A stretch of 64,000 bases of DNA from an uncultured Acidobacteriota bacterium (GCA_963720545.1 OY970399.1:1888001-1952000); one strand, 5' to 3'; counted from the stretch's first letter, positions 9,984 to 19,805 are shown. Notes: generated by a model not told the origin, from the letters alone. A program made the numbers and translations.

Positions 9984-10915
9984 ACTCCAAAGAGGCTGCG
10001 ACACCGTACCTGCGCATCGCGACGCTCCTGCCGGCCGCCACCGAGATCGTCTGCGCGCTGGGCCTGCGCGACAACCTCGTGGGCCGTTCGCACGAATGCG
10101 ATTTCCCGGCGGACGTCCTCGACCTGCCGGTGCTGACGAAGGCGCGGGTCGATTCGTCGCTGCCGAGTGCTCGGCTCGATGCCGAGGTGAAGCGCATCCT
10201 GGCCGCGCGGCTGCCGCTCTACGATGTCGATGCGGCGCAGCTCGACTCGCTGCAGCCCGACATCATCGTGACGCAGGAAGCGTGCGAGGTTTGCGCCGTC
10301 TCGTACGACCAGGTGGTTGCTGCCACCACGGGTTTCAACCGGCCGCCGCGGATCGTGTCGCTCGGTCCGGGCAGCCTTGCTGACGTGCTCGCCGACATTC
10401 GCGGCGTGGCGGCAGCGTGCGGCGTGGCCGCGAACGGGACGGCGCTCGTCAACGACTTGATCGCCCGGCTGGCGCTCGCCGGCGCCGGCCCGCACACCAC
10501 GCATGCGCCGCGCACCCGGCCGCGTGTGGCGGTGGTCGAATGGCTCGAGCCGCCGATGCTCGCCGGACACTGGACCCACGACGTGATCGCTGCCGCGGGC
10601 GCCCTGCCGCTCGGCCCCGGGCCCGGACAGCCATCGGCCTACGCGAGCTGGGAGGAAATCGCGGCGCTCGCTCCGGATGCGGTGGTAGTGGCGCCCTGCG
10701 GGTTCGACCTGGAGCGCACCTGCCGCGAGGCGGCGCCCCTTGAAAAGCGGCTTCTGGCCCTGGCGCCGCGGGTCCTGCTGCTCGATGGAAACGCGCTCAT
10801 CAATCGTCCCGGACCGCGCCTGGTGGACGCCGCCGAGCTGATTGGTGATTGGCTTCACACTGGACACAACTCACATAGCCAAAGTGTTCAGCTGGCGTAC
10901 AATCCGCCGCGGTAG
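9980..10915 (+). CDS. Second cobalamin-binding / TroA-like protein (Cys-rich, no obvious signal peptide)
   Basis: RIATLLPAATEIVCALG, GRSHECDFP, QEACEVCAV, VAPCGF and NRPGPRLVD motifs. The GTG overlaps the btuD stop. Confidence 0.8.
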   Translation: MNSKEAATPYLRIATLLPAATEIVCALGLRDNLVGRSHECDFPADVLDLPVLTKARVDSSLPSARLDAEVKRILAARLPLYDVDAAQLDSLQPDIIVTQEACEVCAVSYDQVVAATTGFNRPPRIVSLGPGSLADVLADIRGVAAACGVAANGTALVNDLIARLALAGAGPHTTHAPRTRPRVAVVEWLEPPMLAGHWTHDVIAAAGALPLGPGPGQPSAYASWEEIAALAPDAVVVAPCGFDLERTCREAAPLEKRLLALAPRVLLLDGNALINRPGPRLVDAAELIGDWLHTGHNSHSQSVQLAYNPPR

Positions 10916-10925
10916 ACGACAACGT

Positions 10926-12164
10926 ATGCCCTACTTCGAACTAGACACGCTGCTCGCGACGATGCTCGACGCGGCGCCGCACATCTCCGACCTCAACTTG
11001 TCGGTGGGACGTGCGCCGCAGGTCGAGGTGGACGGAGAACTGCGCGCGGTGCCCTTCGGCGCCATCGAGCGGCTGCTGCCCTACCACACGGAAGTGGTCG
11101 CGATGCGCCTCCTGCAGGGCAAGCGCGAGGCGGCCGAAAAGCTGCTGCGCACCGGCTCCACCGACATTTCGTACAGCCTCATGGGGCGCACCCGCTTCCG
11201 GGTCAACATCTTTTCCCAGCGCGGCAGCTACTCGATCGTGCTGCGCGTCATCCCCAGCCGCATCCTCACCGTCGAGGAGCTCGGGCTGCCGACGCAGATC
11301 AACAACATCGCCAAGGAGCGCAACGGCATCGTCCTGGTGACCGGGCCGACCGGCTCGGGCAAGTCCACGAGCCTCGCGGCGGTCATCAACCGCATCAACC
11401 TCGACCAGGCCGTGCACATCGTCACCATCGAGGACCCGATCGAGTACCTGCATCCGCACCAGCGTGCGACCATCAACCAGCGCGAGGTCGGCGGCGACAC
11501 CCAGACCTTCGCGCTGGCGCTGCGCGCCGCCCTGCGCCAGGCGCCGAAGGTCATCCTGGTCGGCGAGATGCGCGACGTCGAGACCATCCAGATAGCGCTC
11601 GAGGCTTCGGAGACGGGCCACCTGGTGCTGTCGACGCTGCACACCATCGACGCCGCCAAGACCATCGACCGCATCGTCGGCGTCTTCCCCAAGAGCGAGG
11701 AGCGACAGATCCGCACGCGCTTCGCGCAGGCGTTCAAGTGGGTGGTGAGCCAGAAGCTGCTGCCGAAGAAGGGCGGCGGACGCATGGCGATCTGCGAGAT
11801 CCTGCGCGCCACCTCACGCACCCGCGAATACGTGCAGGAGGGCGAGCGCGAGGGCAAGAGCCTGATCGACGCGATGGAAGACGGGCACCTGGACGGCATG
11901 CAGACCTTCGACCACGAGATCGAGCGCCTCATCACCGCGGGCGTCATCGACAAGGAACTGGGCCTCACCTACGCGACCAACCGCACCAACCTGCAGCTGC
12001 TGCTCGAGACCGGCGGCTCGGACATCGGACCGACGATCGCCGCCAAGCCGAAGGAGCCGGTGCGGCGCACGCCGCCGCCGCCGCCGCCGGTGCGGGCCGC
12101 GAAGGGCGCGCCTGCCGCCGCCGAGAGCGACGAGCAGAGCTTCGAAGACCTCATCGAGCGCTAG
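10926..12164 (+). CDS. pilT: Type IV pilus retraction ATPase PilT/PilU family
   Basis: GPTGSGKST, TIEDPIEY, ALRQAPKVILVGEMRD, GHLVLSTLHT and GMQTFD motifs. Confidence 0.92.
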   Translation: MPYFELDTLLATMLDAAPHISDLNLSVGRAPQVEVDGELRAVPFGAIERLLPYHTEVVAMRLLQGKREAAEKLLRTGSTDISYSLMGRTRFRVNIFSQRGSYSIVLRVIPSRILTVEELGLPTQINNIAKERNGIVLVTGPTGSGKSTSLAAVINRINLDQAVHIVTIEDPIEYLHPHQRATINQREVGGDTQTFALALRAALRQAPKVILVGEMRDVETIQIALEASETGHLVLSTLHTIDAAKTIDRIVGVFPKSEERQIRTRFAQAFKWVVSQKLLPKKGGGRMAICEILRATSRTREYVQEGEREGKSLIDAMEDGHLDGMQTFDHEIERLITAGVIDKELGLTYATNRTNLQLLLETGGSDIGPTIAAKPKEPVRRTPPPPPPVRAAKGAPAAAESDEQSFEDLIER

Positions 12165-12174
12165 GGCAATCAAC

Positions 12175-12789
12175 ATGCAGGCCACTTGCACCACGTGCGC
12201 GACGCTCCTCGAAGTCGACGACGCCAAGGCGCCGCAGCGCGCCTTCACGGTCACCTGCCCGAAGTGCAAGGGCACGGTCGACTTCCCGTCGCGCGAGGGC
12301 GTCATCCCGGCGGGAGCCGCGCTGCGGCCGAAGCCGAGCGTCGAGATGCCGCCGCTCGCCGGCCGCATGCTGGTGGCGGTTCCCAACCCGCAACTGGTCG
12401 CGGCCATCGACAAGGTCATGACGCGCATGGGGCTCATCGTCGAGACCACCGACGACTGGGAAACCGGCGCGCGCCTCATGGACCAGGGCGTCTACGAGTA
12501 CGCGGTGACGGTGCGCGCCCTGGCCGCCGCCGGCAAGACCGAGACCCTCTACCAGCGCACGCTTCGCATGCCGGCAGAAGTGCGGCGCGGGTTCTTCCTC
12601 ATCCTCGCGGGCGACGGCGAGTTCGCGACCGGCGACGGCACCCAGGCGTTCGCGCTGCTCGCCGACTTCGTCATGAACTCGGCCGACATCGCCACCGTGG
12701 AGCCCACCCTGCGCAGCGCGATCGAGGAACGGCACCGGATGTACCAGGCGATGCGCGACGCCCGCAAGCGCATCGAAACCGTCGGCTGA
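12175..12789 (+). CDS. Zinc-ribbon (MJ0042-type) domain protein
   Basis: N-terminal CTTC...CPKC, followed by an alpha/beta domain. Confidence 0.72.
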   Translation: MQATCTTCATLLEVDDAKAPQRAFTVTCPKCKGTVDFPSREGVIPAGAALRPKPSVEMPPLAGRMLVAVPNPQLVAAIDKVMTRMGLIVETTDDWETGARLMDQGVYEYAVTVRALAAAGKTETLYQRTLRMPAEVRRGFFLILAGDGEFATGDGTQAFALLADFVMNSADIATVEPTLRSAIEERHRMYQAMRDARKRIETVG

Positions 12790-12794
12790 AGCCA

Positions 12795-12816
12795 CTTCGC
12801 GCCGGCTGGCGCGAAG
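12795..12816 (+). terminator. GC-rich hairpin after the zinc-ribbon gene (possible terminator)
   Basis: CTTCGCGCC-GGCT-GGCGCGAAG perfect 9-bp stem, no U-tract. Confidence 0.4.
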
Positions 12817-12915
12817 CCGACTCGCGCGAGTCCCCACTCACCCCTGGCGGGGCCTGAATCACCCCCGGCGCGGACCGCGAGCGCCTTTGATATGTTCGAA
12901 GGACCTGGAGGCTCC

Positions 12916-14331
12916 ATGCGTTCGCGAACCCTGATGCTCGCCGCCGCCTTGTCCGGCCTGGCCATTGGTCAAGGCTCCGTCGCCCAGGCGGCGGCGCTGC
13001 CCGGCACGGTGCTGGACGTGGCCGCCAACCCCGTGAAGCAACGCGTGTACGCGGCCGTGCAGCTGGCAGGCGGCGGCTACGCAGTCGCGGTGTTGAACGC
13101 CAACACCGGCGCCCTGCTGCCGGCGATACCGGTTGCCGACAGCCTCCGCGGGCTCGCTGTGAACCAGGCAACGAATCGCATCTATACCCGGCATCCAGGC
13201 CAGTTGCAGGTGATCAACGGGCAGCGTGGCACCGTACTGAAGACGGTGACGATTGCGGGCACCACGCGCGCGCTCGCGGTCGATGCCGCGGCCAACCGCG
13301 TCTACGTCGCGGTTGACGACCGCATCGCGGTCGTCAACGGCCAGAACAACACGGTGATCGGCTCGATCGACAGCCACGGGCCCGTCCAGGCGCTGGCGGT
13401 CGATGCGTTGCACGGGCGCATCTTTGTCCTGCGCACCGCGGGCGGCGTGTCGGAGTTCGCGGCGTTCGACCTGGCGTCTGGCGCGGAGCTCGGCGCGCTC
13501 CCCTTCGGCACCGATGCGCTCGACGGACTCGCCGTCAACCCCCAGCGCCAGCGCGCCTACCTGGCCCACGGCGACTCCGTGACGGTCGTCGACACCGCCG
13601 CTCTCGCTTCGCTCGGGCCGCTCGCGAGCCTCGGTTCGGCGACGGGCAAGCTGGTGGCCGACCCGGCGCGCTCGCGCGTCTACGTGCGCACCGCCGACGG
13701 CTTTGTCAACGAGCTGAACGAGGACACGCTGCAGTTCACGCTGCGGGTGCTGACCAACTCGACGAACAGCGGCCTCGCGCTCGATGCGACCGGCAAGTGG
13801 CTGTACTCCGGAGGCCCCGGCCAGAACCTGGTGGCCACCCGTCTCGACGAGCTGCTCCGCAACGCCTCGCTGGAGTACGAAGTCGCCGGCGCCAACCCGG
13901 GCTGGCCGGCGAACTGGGAGACGTTCGACCTCGTCACCGGCGCCGACACGCTCGTGACCGGCGCCGACATCTGGGACGGTGCTGCGGCCCTGCACCTGAC
14001 CGGAGCCGCGGGGGTCGCGAAGGTGCTGCGCCAGATCACGCCGATGAGCGGCGCCACCGGCACCGTGCTGCGCTTCGAGGCGAGCAGCAAGACCACCGGC
14101 TCCTCCGCCACCGGCAGCTACTACAAGGTGTTCCATCGCATCCGCCACCTCGACGGCTCGGTGCGCAACGTGTGGCTGCGCTTCACCCCCGGCACCCACG
14201 GCTGGGAAACGCAGAGCGCGCGCATCACGATGAAGAAGCCCTTCGACCGCATCACCACCACGATCGAATTCGTGGACCAGGCGGGCGAAGCCTGGTTCGA
14301 TGGCCTGCACGCCTGGGTCGACCAGCCGTAG
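12916..14331 (+). CDS. Secreted YncE/YVTN-like beta-propeller protein with C-terminal carbohydrate-binding-like domain
   Basis: Signal peptide and repeated LAV(N/D)xxxNRVYV blades. The C-terminal LRNASLE...W...AWFDGLH region resembles a CBM4/9 jelly-roll. SD GGAGG. Confidence 0.65.
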   Translation: MRSRTLMLAAALSGLAIGQGSVAQAAALPGTVLDVAANPVKQRVYAAVQLAGGGYAVAVLNANTGALLPAIPVADSLRGLAVNQATNRIYTRHPGQLQVINGQRGTVLKTVTIAGTTRALAVDAAANRVYVAVDDRIAVVNGQNNTVIGSIDSHGPVQALAVDALHGRIFVLRTAGGVSEFAAFDLASGAELGALPFGTDALDGLAVNPQRQRAYLAHGDSVTVVDTAALASLGPLASLGSATGKLVADPARSRVYVRTADGFVNELNEDTLQFTLRVLTNSTNSGLALDATGKWLYSGGPGQNLVATRLDELLRNASLEYEVAGANPGWPANWETFDLVTGADTLVTGADIWDGAAALHLTGAAGVAKVLRQITPMSGATGTVLRFEASSKTTGSSATGSYYKVFHRIRHLDGSVRNVWLRFTPGTHGWETQSARITMKKPFDRITTTIEFVDQAGEAWFDGLHAWVDQP

Positions 14332-14401
14332 ATCGAACCGTCCGTCGCAGCGCTTTGCGCGCCGGTCCCGCTGCCACGTCTGAGCGCGCCGCCGGGGAGG
14401 G

Positions 14402-16303
14402 TTAGCTCGCGGCGGCGCGTTCCACAACGTCGAGAAAGCCGGCGCCGAAGCGGTCGGCCTTCGCCTGGCCGATGCCGTGCACCGCGAGCAGGGCACTGAG
14501 GGTGCGCGGCCGAACCGTGGCGATTTCGCGCAAGGTGCGGTCGCTCGCGACCACGTAGGGCGGCACGCTGTCGCGCCGGGCGATGGCGCTGCGGTGCCCG
14601 CGCAGTGCCTCGAAGAGCGCAGCGGCGGTGGCGTCGAGTGCGAACTCATCGTTCACCGCGGAAGACCCGCGCCGTGAACCGGAGCGGTCGCGCCGCCCCG
14701 AAGAACGGCCCGGGCCGACTGCTGTCGCAAGACTCGGCAGCAGCAGGCGCACCGGCCTCTCGCCTTTCATGACCGAACGGCCCGCCTCGGTGAGCAGCAC
14801 CATCGGCCGGTCGCCGCCGGTGAAGTCGACCCAGCCGGCCGTGACGCAGCGGCGCAGCAGCCGCTGCAGCCAGGTGTCGGAATGCTCGCGCAGCGAGCCG
14901 AACGTCGGCGTCTGGTCGAGCCCCTCCCGTGAAAGGCGCGGATCGGCTTCGCCGCGCAGCAGGCGCACCGCCATCTGCAGCCCGAAGCGCCGGTGCAGCC
15001 GCGCAACCGCGGACAGACCCTTGCGCACCACCAGCGACACCTCCTCGCCGGAGCTGCCGCCGCTGTGCAGCGACTCGCACGCGTCGCACTTGCCGCAGCC
15101 ATCGAGCGTCTCGGCTTCGTCGCCGAAGTAGCGCAGGATGGCGTCGTGCCGGCAGCTGCCGCCCTCGACCCAGCGCATCAGCTCGAGGAACAGTCCCCAC
15201 TTGTGCGCGCGGCTGTCTTCGCTGCCGCCATCCATCTCGAGCAAGCGCCGGCGCCGCGGCAGGTCGCCGGGTGAAACCAGCATCAGCCCGAAGGCCGGCG
15301 CGTCGTCGCGGCCGGCGCGGCCGATTTCCTGGTAGTACGCCTCGATGGACCCAGGCGGTGCCAGGTGCACGACCGCGCGCACGTCGGCGCGATCGATGCC
15401 CATGCCGAAGGCGTTGGTTGCCACCATCGCGTCCAACTCGCCCGCCAGAAACGCTGCTTGAGATGAGGCACGCTTCGCCGCTGCGAGCCCGGCGTGGTAG
15501 ACGTCGGCACGCAAGCCGCGCCCGCCGAGGCGCGCCGCCTCTTCTTCCGCCGCGAGGCGCGTGGGCGCGTATACGATGGCGACTCCCTTGCGACTGCCCG
15601 CGGGGCCGAGCGCTTCATCGAGCAGCGCATCGACGTACTGGGATCGCTGCGTGGCTTTTTCCACCTCGACCGCGCGCAGGTGCAGGTTGGGGCGGGCAAA
15701 GCCGTGGACGTGCTGCGGCGTATCGGGCTCGAGGCCAAGCCGGGCCAGGATCTCGTCGCGCACCACCGGTGTGGCGGTGGCGGTGCACGCCAGCACCCGC
15801 GCCGCGGGCAGCGCCGAGACCACCGACGCGATGTCGAGATACTCCGGCCGGAAGTCGTGTCCCCACTCGCTGATGCAGTGCGCTTCGTCGATGACCACGA
15901 GCGGCACGGTGATGCGCTGCAGCATGTCGCGAAACGCCGGGATGACGAGCCGCTCCGGAGCGACATAAACAAGGGAGTACTCCCCGGCCGCCAGGTTTTC
16001 CATGCGGCGGCGGTTCTCGGCTGCATCGAGTGTGGAAGCAAGAAAGGTGGCGCGCACGCCCTTGGCGGTGAGGGCGATGACCTGGTCGTTCATCAGCGCG
16101 ACCAGCGGCGAAACCACGAGCGTGGTGCCGGGAAGGAGCGTCGCCGGCAGCTGGTACGTCAGGCTCTTGCCGCGGCCCGTCGGCGCCACGAGCAGCAGCT
16201 TGCCGCCCGCGAGCAGAGTTTCGATCGCCTCTCGCTGTCCCGGCCGGAAAGCGGCATGCCCGAGCCGTTTCAGCGCCGCGTCGATCGCCTGAGCCGTTTC
16301 CAT
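14402..16303 (-). CDS. recQ: ATP-dependent DNA helicase RecQ (with RQC and HRDC domains)
   Basis: FRPGQ, PTGRGKSL, IDEAHCISEWGHDFRPEY, ATNAFGMGID, YYQEIGRAGRD, Zn-binding CR...CGKCDAC, and HRDC VPPYVVASDRTL. Confidence 0.95.
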   Translation of the reverse strand: METAQAIDAALKRLGHAAFRPGQREAIETLLAGGKLLLVAPTGRGKSLTYQLPATLLPGTTLVVSPLVALMNDQVIALTAKGVRATFLASTLDAAENRRRMENLAAGEYSLVYVAPERLVIPAFRDMLQRITVPLVVIDEAHCISEWGHDFRPEYLDIASVVSALPAARVLACTATATPVVRDEILARLGLEPDTPQHVHGFARPNLHLRAVEVEKATQRSQYVDALLDEALGPAGSRKGVAIVYAPTRLAAEEEAARLGGRGLRADVYHAGLAAAKRASSQAAFLAGELDAMVATNAFGMGIDRADVRAVVHLAPPGSIEAYYQEIGRAGRDDAPAFGLMLVSPGDLPRRRRLLEMDGGSEDSRAHKWGLFLELMRWVEGGSCRHDAILRYFGDEAETLDGCGKCDACESLHSGGSSGEEVSLVVRKGLSAVARLHRRFGLQMAVRLLRGEADPRLSREGLDQTPTFGSLREHSDTWLQRLLRRCVTAGWVDFTGGDRPMVLLTEAGRSVMKGERPVRLLLPSLATAVGPGRSSGRRDRSGSRRGSSAVNDEFALDATAAALFEALRGHRSAIARRDSVPPYVVASDRTLREIATVRPRTLSALLAVHGIGQAKADRFGAGFLDVVERAAAS

Positions 16304-16366
16304 CGCCAGCAAGCTTCCCACATCGCCGTGCCGCAGCAGGACCGAACAAGGCCGTTGTAAGAGTGA

Positions 16367-16384
16367 ACTGCGTCCGGACGCAGT
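16367..16384. repeat. 18-bp perfect palindrome, copy 1 (ACTGCGTCCGGACGCAGT)
   Basis: Perfect palindrome with a near-identical copy at 48505-48522. Confidence 0.7.
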
Positions 16385-16392
16385 CCACCAGT

Positions 16393-16476
16393 TTTGGGAC
16401 GAGGGGCATCAGGAATGAGAGGTCCCCTCGGCCCAACTAACGACACGAAGGCCTCGGGAAAACGGGCCTTCGGGTG
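16393..16476 (-). terminator. Two tandem hairpins after glgP stop (likely terminator region)
   Basis: TTGGGACGAGGGG...CCCCTCGGCCCAA and CGAAGGCC...GGCCTTCG inverted repeats immediately 3' of glgP. Confidence 0.5.
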
Positions 16477-18600
16477 TTATACCTTCGAGGGTTCGCGGGT
16501 CAGATAGGCTTCCTGGACGTAGTCGCGCACCATGCGCTGCGCGCTGAACTGCGGTACCACGGTGGCGATCGAGTTCTTCATGCGCGAGAGCCACTGGCGC
16601 GGCAGGCCGGCGCCGTCGCGATCGAAGTACATCGGCACCACTTCTTCTTCGAGCACCTTGTAAAGGGATGCTGCGTCGTCGCGGTCCTGTGCGTCCGCGT
16701 CGGCATAGTTCGCGTCGCTGCCGATGGTCCAGCCGTTGTCACCCGCGTAGCCCTCCACCCACCAGCCGTCGAGGATGCTGACGTTGACGCCGCCGTTCAC
16801 CGGCGACTTCATCCCCGAAGTGCCGCTCGCTTCCTGCGGACGGCGCGGCGTGTTGAGCCAGACGTCGCTGCCCTGCACCAGCATGCGGCCCATCTCGATG
16901 TCGTAGTCCTCGAGGAACACCACGCGACCGCGGAACTCGCCCTGCGTCAGCAGGAACAGCCGGCGGATGAGGTCCTGGCCGGCGCGGTCGGCGGGATGCG
17001 CCTTGCCGGCGAAGATGATCTGCACCGGACGTTCCTTGCTCATCAGCATCGCGGCCAGCCGCGGCAGGTCGGAGAGCACCAGCACCGCGCGCTTGTAGGT
17101 GGCGAAGCGGCGCGCGAAGCCGATGGTGAGGGCTTGCGGATCGAGCAGCCCCTCGACGAGCCGCAGCTCGTCGGGCGCCATGCCGTGGCGCGCCGACTGG
17201 TTGCGCACCCGCTCACGGAGGAAACGGATGAGCCGCTCCTTCTGCGCGCGGCGCGCGCTCCACAACATTTCGTCGGGAATCTGCCGCGCCCGCTCCCAGT
17301 AGTCGCCGTGCATCAGGTGGCGGTCCCAGTCGGCGCCGAGGTGCTGCGTGTAGAGCGCGCCCATTTCCGGGCCGATCCAGCTCTGGGTGTGGACGCCGTT
17401 CGTGACCGAACCCACCGGCCGCGCCGGGTTGCCGGGAAACAGGTGCCGCCACATGTCGGAAGAGACGTCGCCGTGCAGCCGGCTCACGCCGTTGACGCTC
17501 TTCGAGAGGCGGATGCCGAGCACCGTCAGGTTGAGGTTGCCACCCGGGCTCTCGGCGCCGAGATCGAGAATGGCCTTCGGCTCGGAGCCGACGTCGCGCG
17601 TCCACGGCTCGAGGTATTTCTTCACCAGCTCGCGCTCGAACACTTCGTTCCCTGCCGGCACCGGCGTGTGCGTGGTGAAGACAGTGTTGCGCGCCGTCGC
17701 CTGCAGCGCCTCCGACAGGCTGTCGCCGCGGCCCACCTTCTCGCGCGCGCGCTCCAGGCCGAGGAACGCCACGTGGCCTTCGTTCATGTGCCAGACGTCG
17801 GGGCGAATGCCGAGGGCGCGCAGCGCGCGCACGCCGCCGATGCCGAGCACGATCTCCTGCGTCAACCGCATCTCGCGGCCGCGCACGTACAGGAGGCTGG
17901 TGATGAGGCGGTCGGCCGGGTCGTTGAACGGGATGTCGGTGTCGAGCATCAGCACCGGCACGCGGCCCACCTGCGCCTTCCACACCGCGGCCTGCACCGT
18001 GCGGCCCGGCAGGTCGACGGGCACGGTCAGGACGCCACCCGAGGGCGCCTCCACCGGTTGCACCGGCAGCCGCGCGAAATCGTAGTGCGGATAGAAGTGC
18101 TGCTGCAGGCCGTCGGCGTCGACCGTCTGCCGGAAGTAGCCCGACTGATAGAGGATGCCGACACCGACCAGCGGCACGCCGAGGTCGCTCGCCGCCTTGC
18201 AGTGGTCGCCCGCGAGGACGCCGAGGCCGCCCGAGTAGACGCCGAGCGATTCGTGCAGCCCGAACTCCATCGAAAAGTAGGCGACCGGCCCCGCGAGCTT
18301 GTCCTTGTGCACCTCGAACCACACCGGCGCCGCGTGGTAGTCCCGCCACGACCGGATCACCGCCTCGTAGGTGCGGACGAAGTCGGGATCGCTCCAAAGC
18401 CGCGCCCATTGCTGCGGCTCGACGTTGATGAGCAGCTGCACGGGGTTGTGGTAGCGCTTCCAGTGGTCGGGGTCGATCCAGGAGAAGAGGCGGGTCGCGA
18501 GCGGCGACCAGCTCCACCACAAGTCGTAGGCAAGCTCGCGGAGCGCGTCCAGTGCGGGCGGCAGCTCGATGTCGGCAACTCGCAGTGTCTTGATCTGCAT
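16477..18600 (-). CDS. glgP: Alpha-glucan (glycogen/maltodextrin) phosphorylase
   Basis: AYFSMEFG, YSGGLGVLAGD, HMNEGH, FARRFATYKRA, FAGKAHP and the PLP site EASGTSGMK. SD GGAAGG before the ATG at 18600. Confidence 0.95.
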   Translation of the reverse strand: MQIKTLRVADIELPPALDALRELAYDLWWSWSPLATRLFSWIDPDHWKRYHNPVQLLINVEPQQWARLWSDPDFVRTYEAVIRSWRDYHAAPVWFEVHKDKLAGPVAYFSMEFGLHESLGVYSGGLGVLAGDHCKAASDLGVPLVGVGILYQSGYFRQTVDADGLQQHFYPHYDFARLPVQPVEAPSGGVLTVPVDLPGRTVQAAVWKAQVGRVPVLMLDTDIPFNDPADRLITSLLYVRGREMRLTQEIVLGIGGVRALRALGIRPDVWHMNEGHVAFLGLERAREKVGRGDSLSEALQATARNTVFTTHTPVPAGNEVFERELVKKYLEPWTRDVGSEPKAILDLGAESPGGNLNLTVLGIRLSKSVNGVSRLHGDVSSDMWRHLFPGNPARPVGSVTNGVHTQSWIGPEMGALYTQHLGADWDRHLMHGDYWERARQIPDEMLWSARRAQKERLIRFLRERVRNQSARHGMAPDELRLVEGLLDPQALTIGFARRFATYKRAVLVLSDLPRLAAMLMSKERPVQIIFAGKAHPADRAGQDLIRRLFLLTQGEFRGRVVFLEDYDIEMGRMLVQGSDVWLNTPRRPQEASGTSGMKSPVNGGVNVSILDGWWVEGYAGDNGWTIGSDANYADADAQDRDDAASLYKVLEEEVVPMYFDRDGAGLPRQWLSRMKNSIATVVPQFSAQRMVRDYVQEAYLTREPSKV

Positions 18601-18646
18601 TCGTCCTTCCAAAGCGCGCAGTTTATCCTGATGGAAGGAAGGATCC

Positions 18647-19774
18647 ATGACGATGAAGCTACGCTTCTTGGTGGCGCTCCCCGTCTTCGCAATCGTTTTA
18701 GTCTTCTGCAAGAAGGGCATGACTGAAACGGCGGCAGCGCCGCCGCCGCCCGTTCCGGCCGCGGCGCCGCAGGTGGCCCTGCCGCCCATCCCGCCGGGCC
18801 TCGGCCCCGAGGAAAAGCGCGACATCGAGGTGTTTCGCCGCGCCGCGCCGTCGGTCGCATTCGTCACCAATATCGGCCTGGTGCGCGACTTCTTTTCGTT
18901 CGAGGTGGACGAGGAGACGCAAGGCCAGGGCTCGGGCTTTGTCTGGGACCGCGAAGGGCACGTCGTCACCAACTACCACGTGGTGCAGGGCGGCCAGCGT
19001 TTCTCGGTGACGCTCGGCGACAAGGAATACCCCGCCGACTATGTGGACGGCTTCGCCGACAAGGACATCGCGGTGCTCAAGGTGAAGGCGCCGGCGGGAA
19101 CCTTCGCTCCCCTCCCCCTTGGCCGCTCGGCAGAACTGCTGGTCGGCCAGCGAGTCCTCGCCGTGGGCAATCCTTTCGGCCTCGACCACACGCTCACCAC
19201 CGGCATCGTGAGTGCTCTGGGTCGCGAGCTGCGCTCGCCGGGCAACCGCATGATCCGCGACGTCATCCAGACGGACGCCGCCATCAACCCCGGCAACTCC
19301 GGCGGGCCGCTGCTCGATTCCTCGGGGCGGGTGATTGGCGTCAACAGCGCCATCTATTCGCCGAGTGGCGCCAGCGCCGGCATCGGCTTCGCCATCCCCA
19401 TCGACACCGTGGCGCGCTACGTCCAGCAGATCGTGCGCACCGGCCACGTCACACAGGTGGGCATCGGCGCCGACTTCCTGTCGGACCGCTACAACCAGGC
19501 GCTCGGCATCGAGGGCGCGGCGCTTTACAACGTGCGCGCGGGCGGGCCGGCGGAGCGTTCGGGACTCAGCGGCGCGCGGCGCACGCGCTCGGGCCGGGTG
19601 GCGCTCGGCGACGTGGTGGTCGCCGTCAACGGCAGGAAGGTGAAGGGGGCCGAGGACGTCCTCTACGCCTTCGAGAACCAGGACCCCGGCAGCAGCGTCA
19701 CGCTGCGGATCGCGCGCGACGGAAAGGAGCGAGACGTCATCGTACGCCTCGCCCAGACCTCGCCCGACAACTAG
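18647..19774 (+). CDS. HtrA/DegP-family serine protease with one PDZ domain
   Basis: GSGFVWD, VTNYHVV, DIAVLK and QTDAAINPGNSGGPL motifs, with a C-terminal PDZ domain. Confidence 0.93.
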   Translation: MTMKLRFLVALPVFAIVLVFCKKGMTETAAAPPPPVPAAAPQVALPPIPPGLGPEEKRDIEVFRRAAPSVAFVTNIGLVRDFFSFEVDEETQGQGSGFVWDREGHVVTNYHVVQGGQRFSVTLGDKEYPADYVDGFADKDIAVLKVKAPAGTFAPLPLGRSAELLVGQRVLAVGNPFGLDHTLTTGIVSALGRELRSPGNRMIRDVIQTDAAINPGNSGGPLLDSSGRVIGVNSAIYSPSGASAGIGFAIPIDTVARYVQQIVRTGHVTQVGIGADFLSDRYNQALGIEGAALYNVRAGGPAERSGLSGARRTRSGRVALGDVVVAVNGRKVKGAEDVLYAFENQDPGSSVTLRIARDGKERDVIVRLAQTSPDN

Positions 19775-19805
19775 TACGCGGCGCGCGTCGGCGCGGCGCG
19801 GTCAG

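Noticed and set aside
12069..12089. CCG trinucleotide run in pilT
   Set aside because: It encodes a polyproline linker in frame and is not a phase-variable tract.
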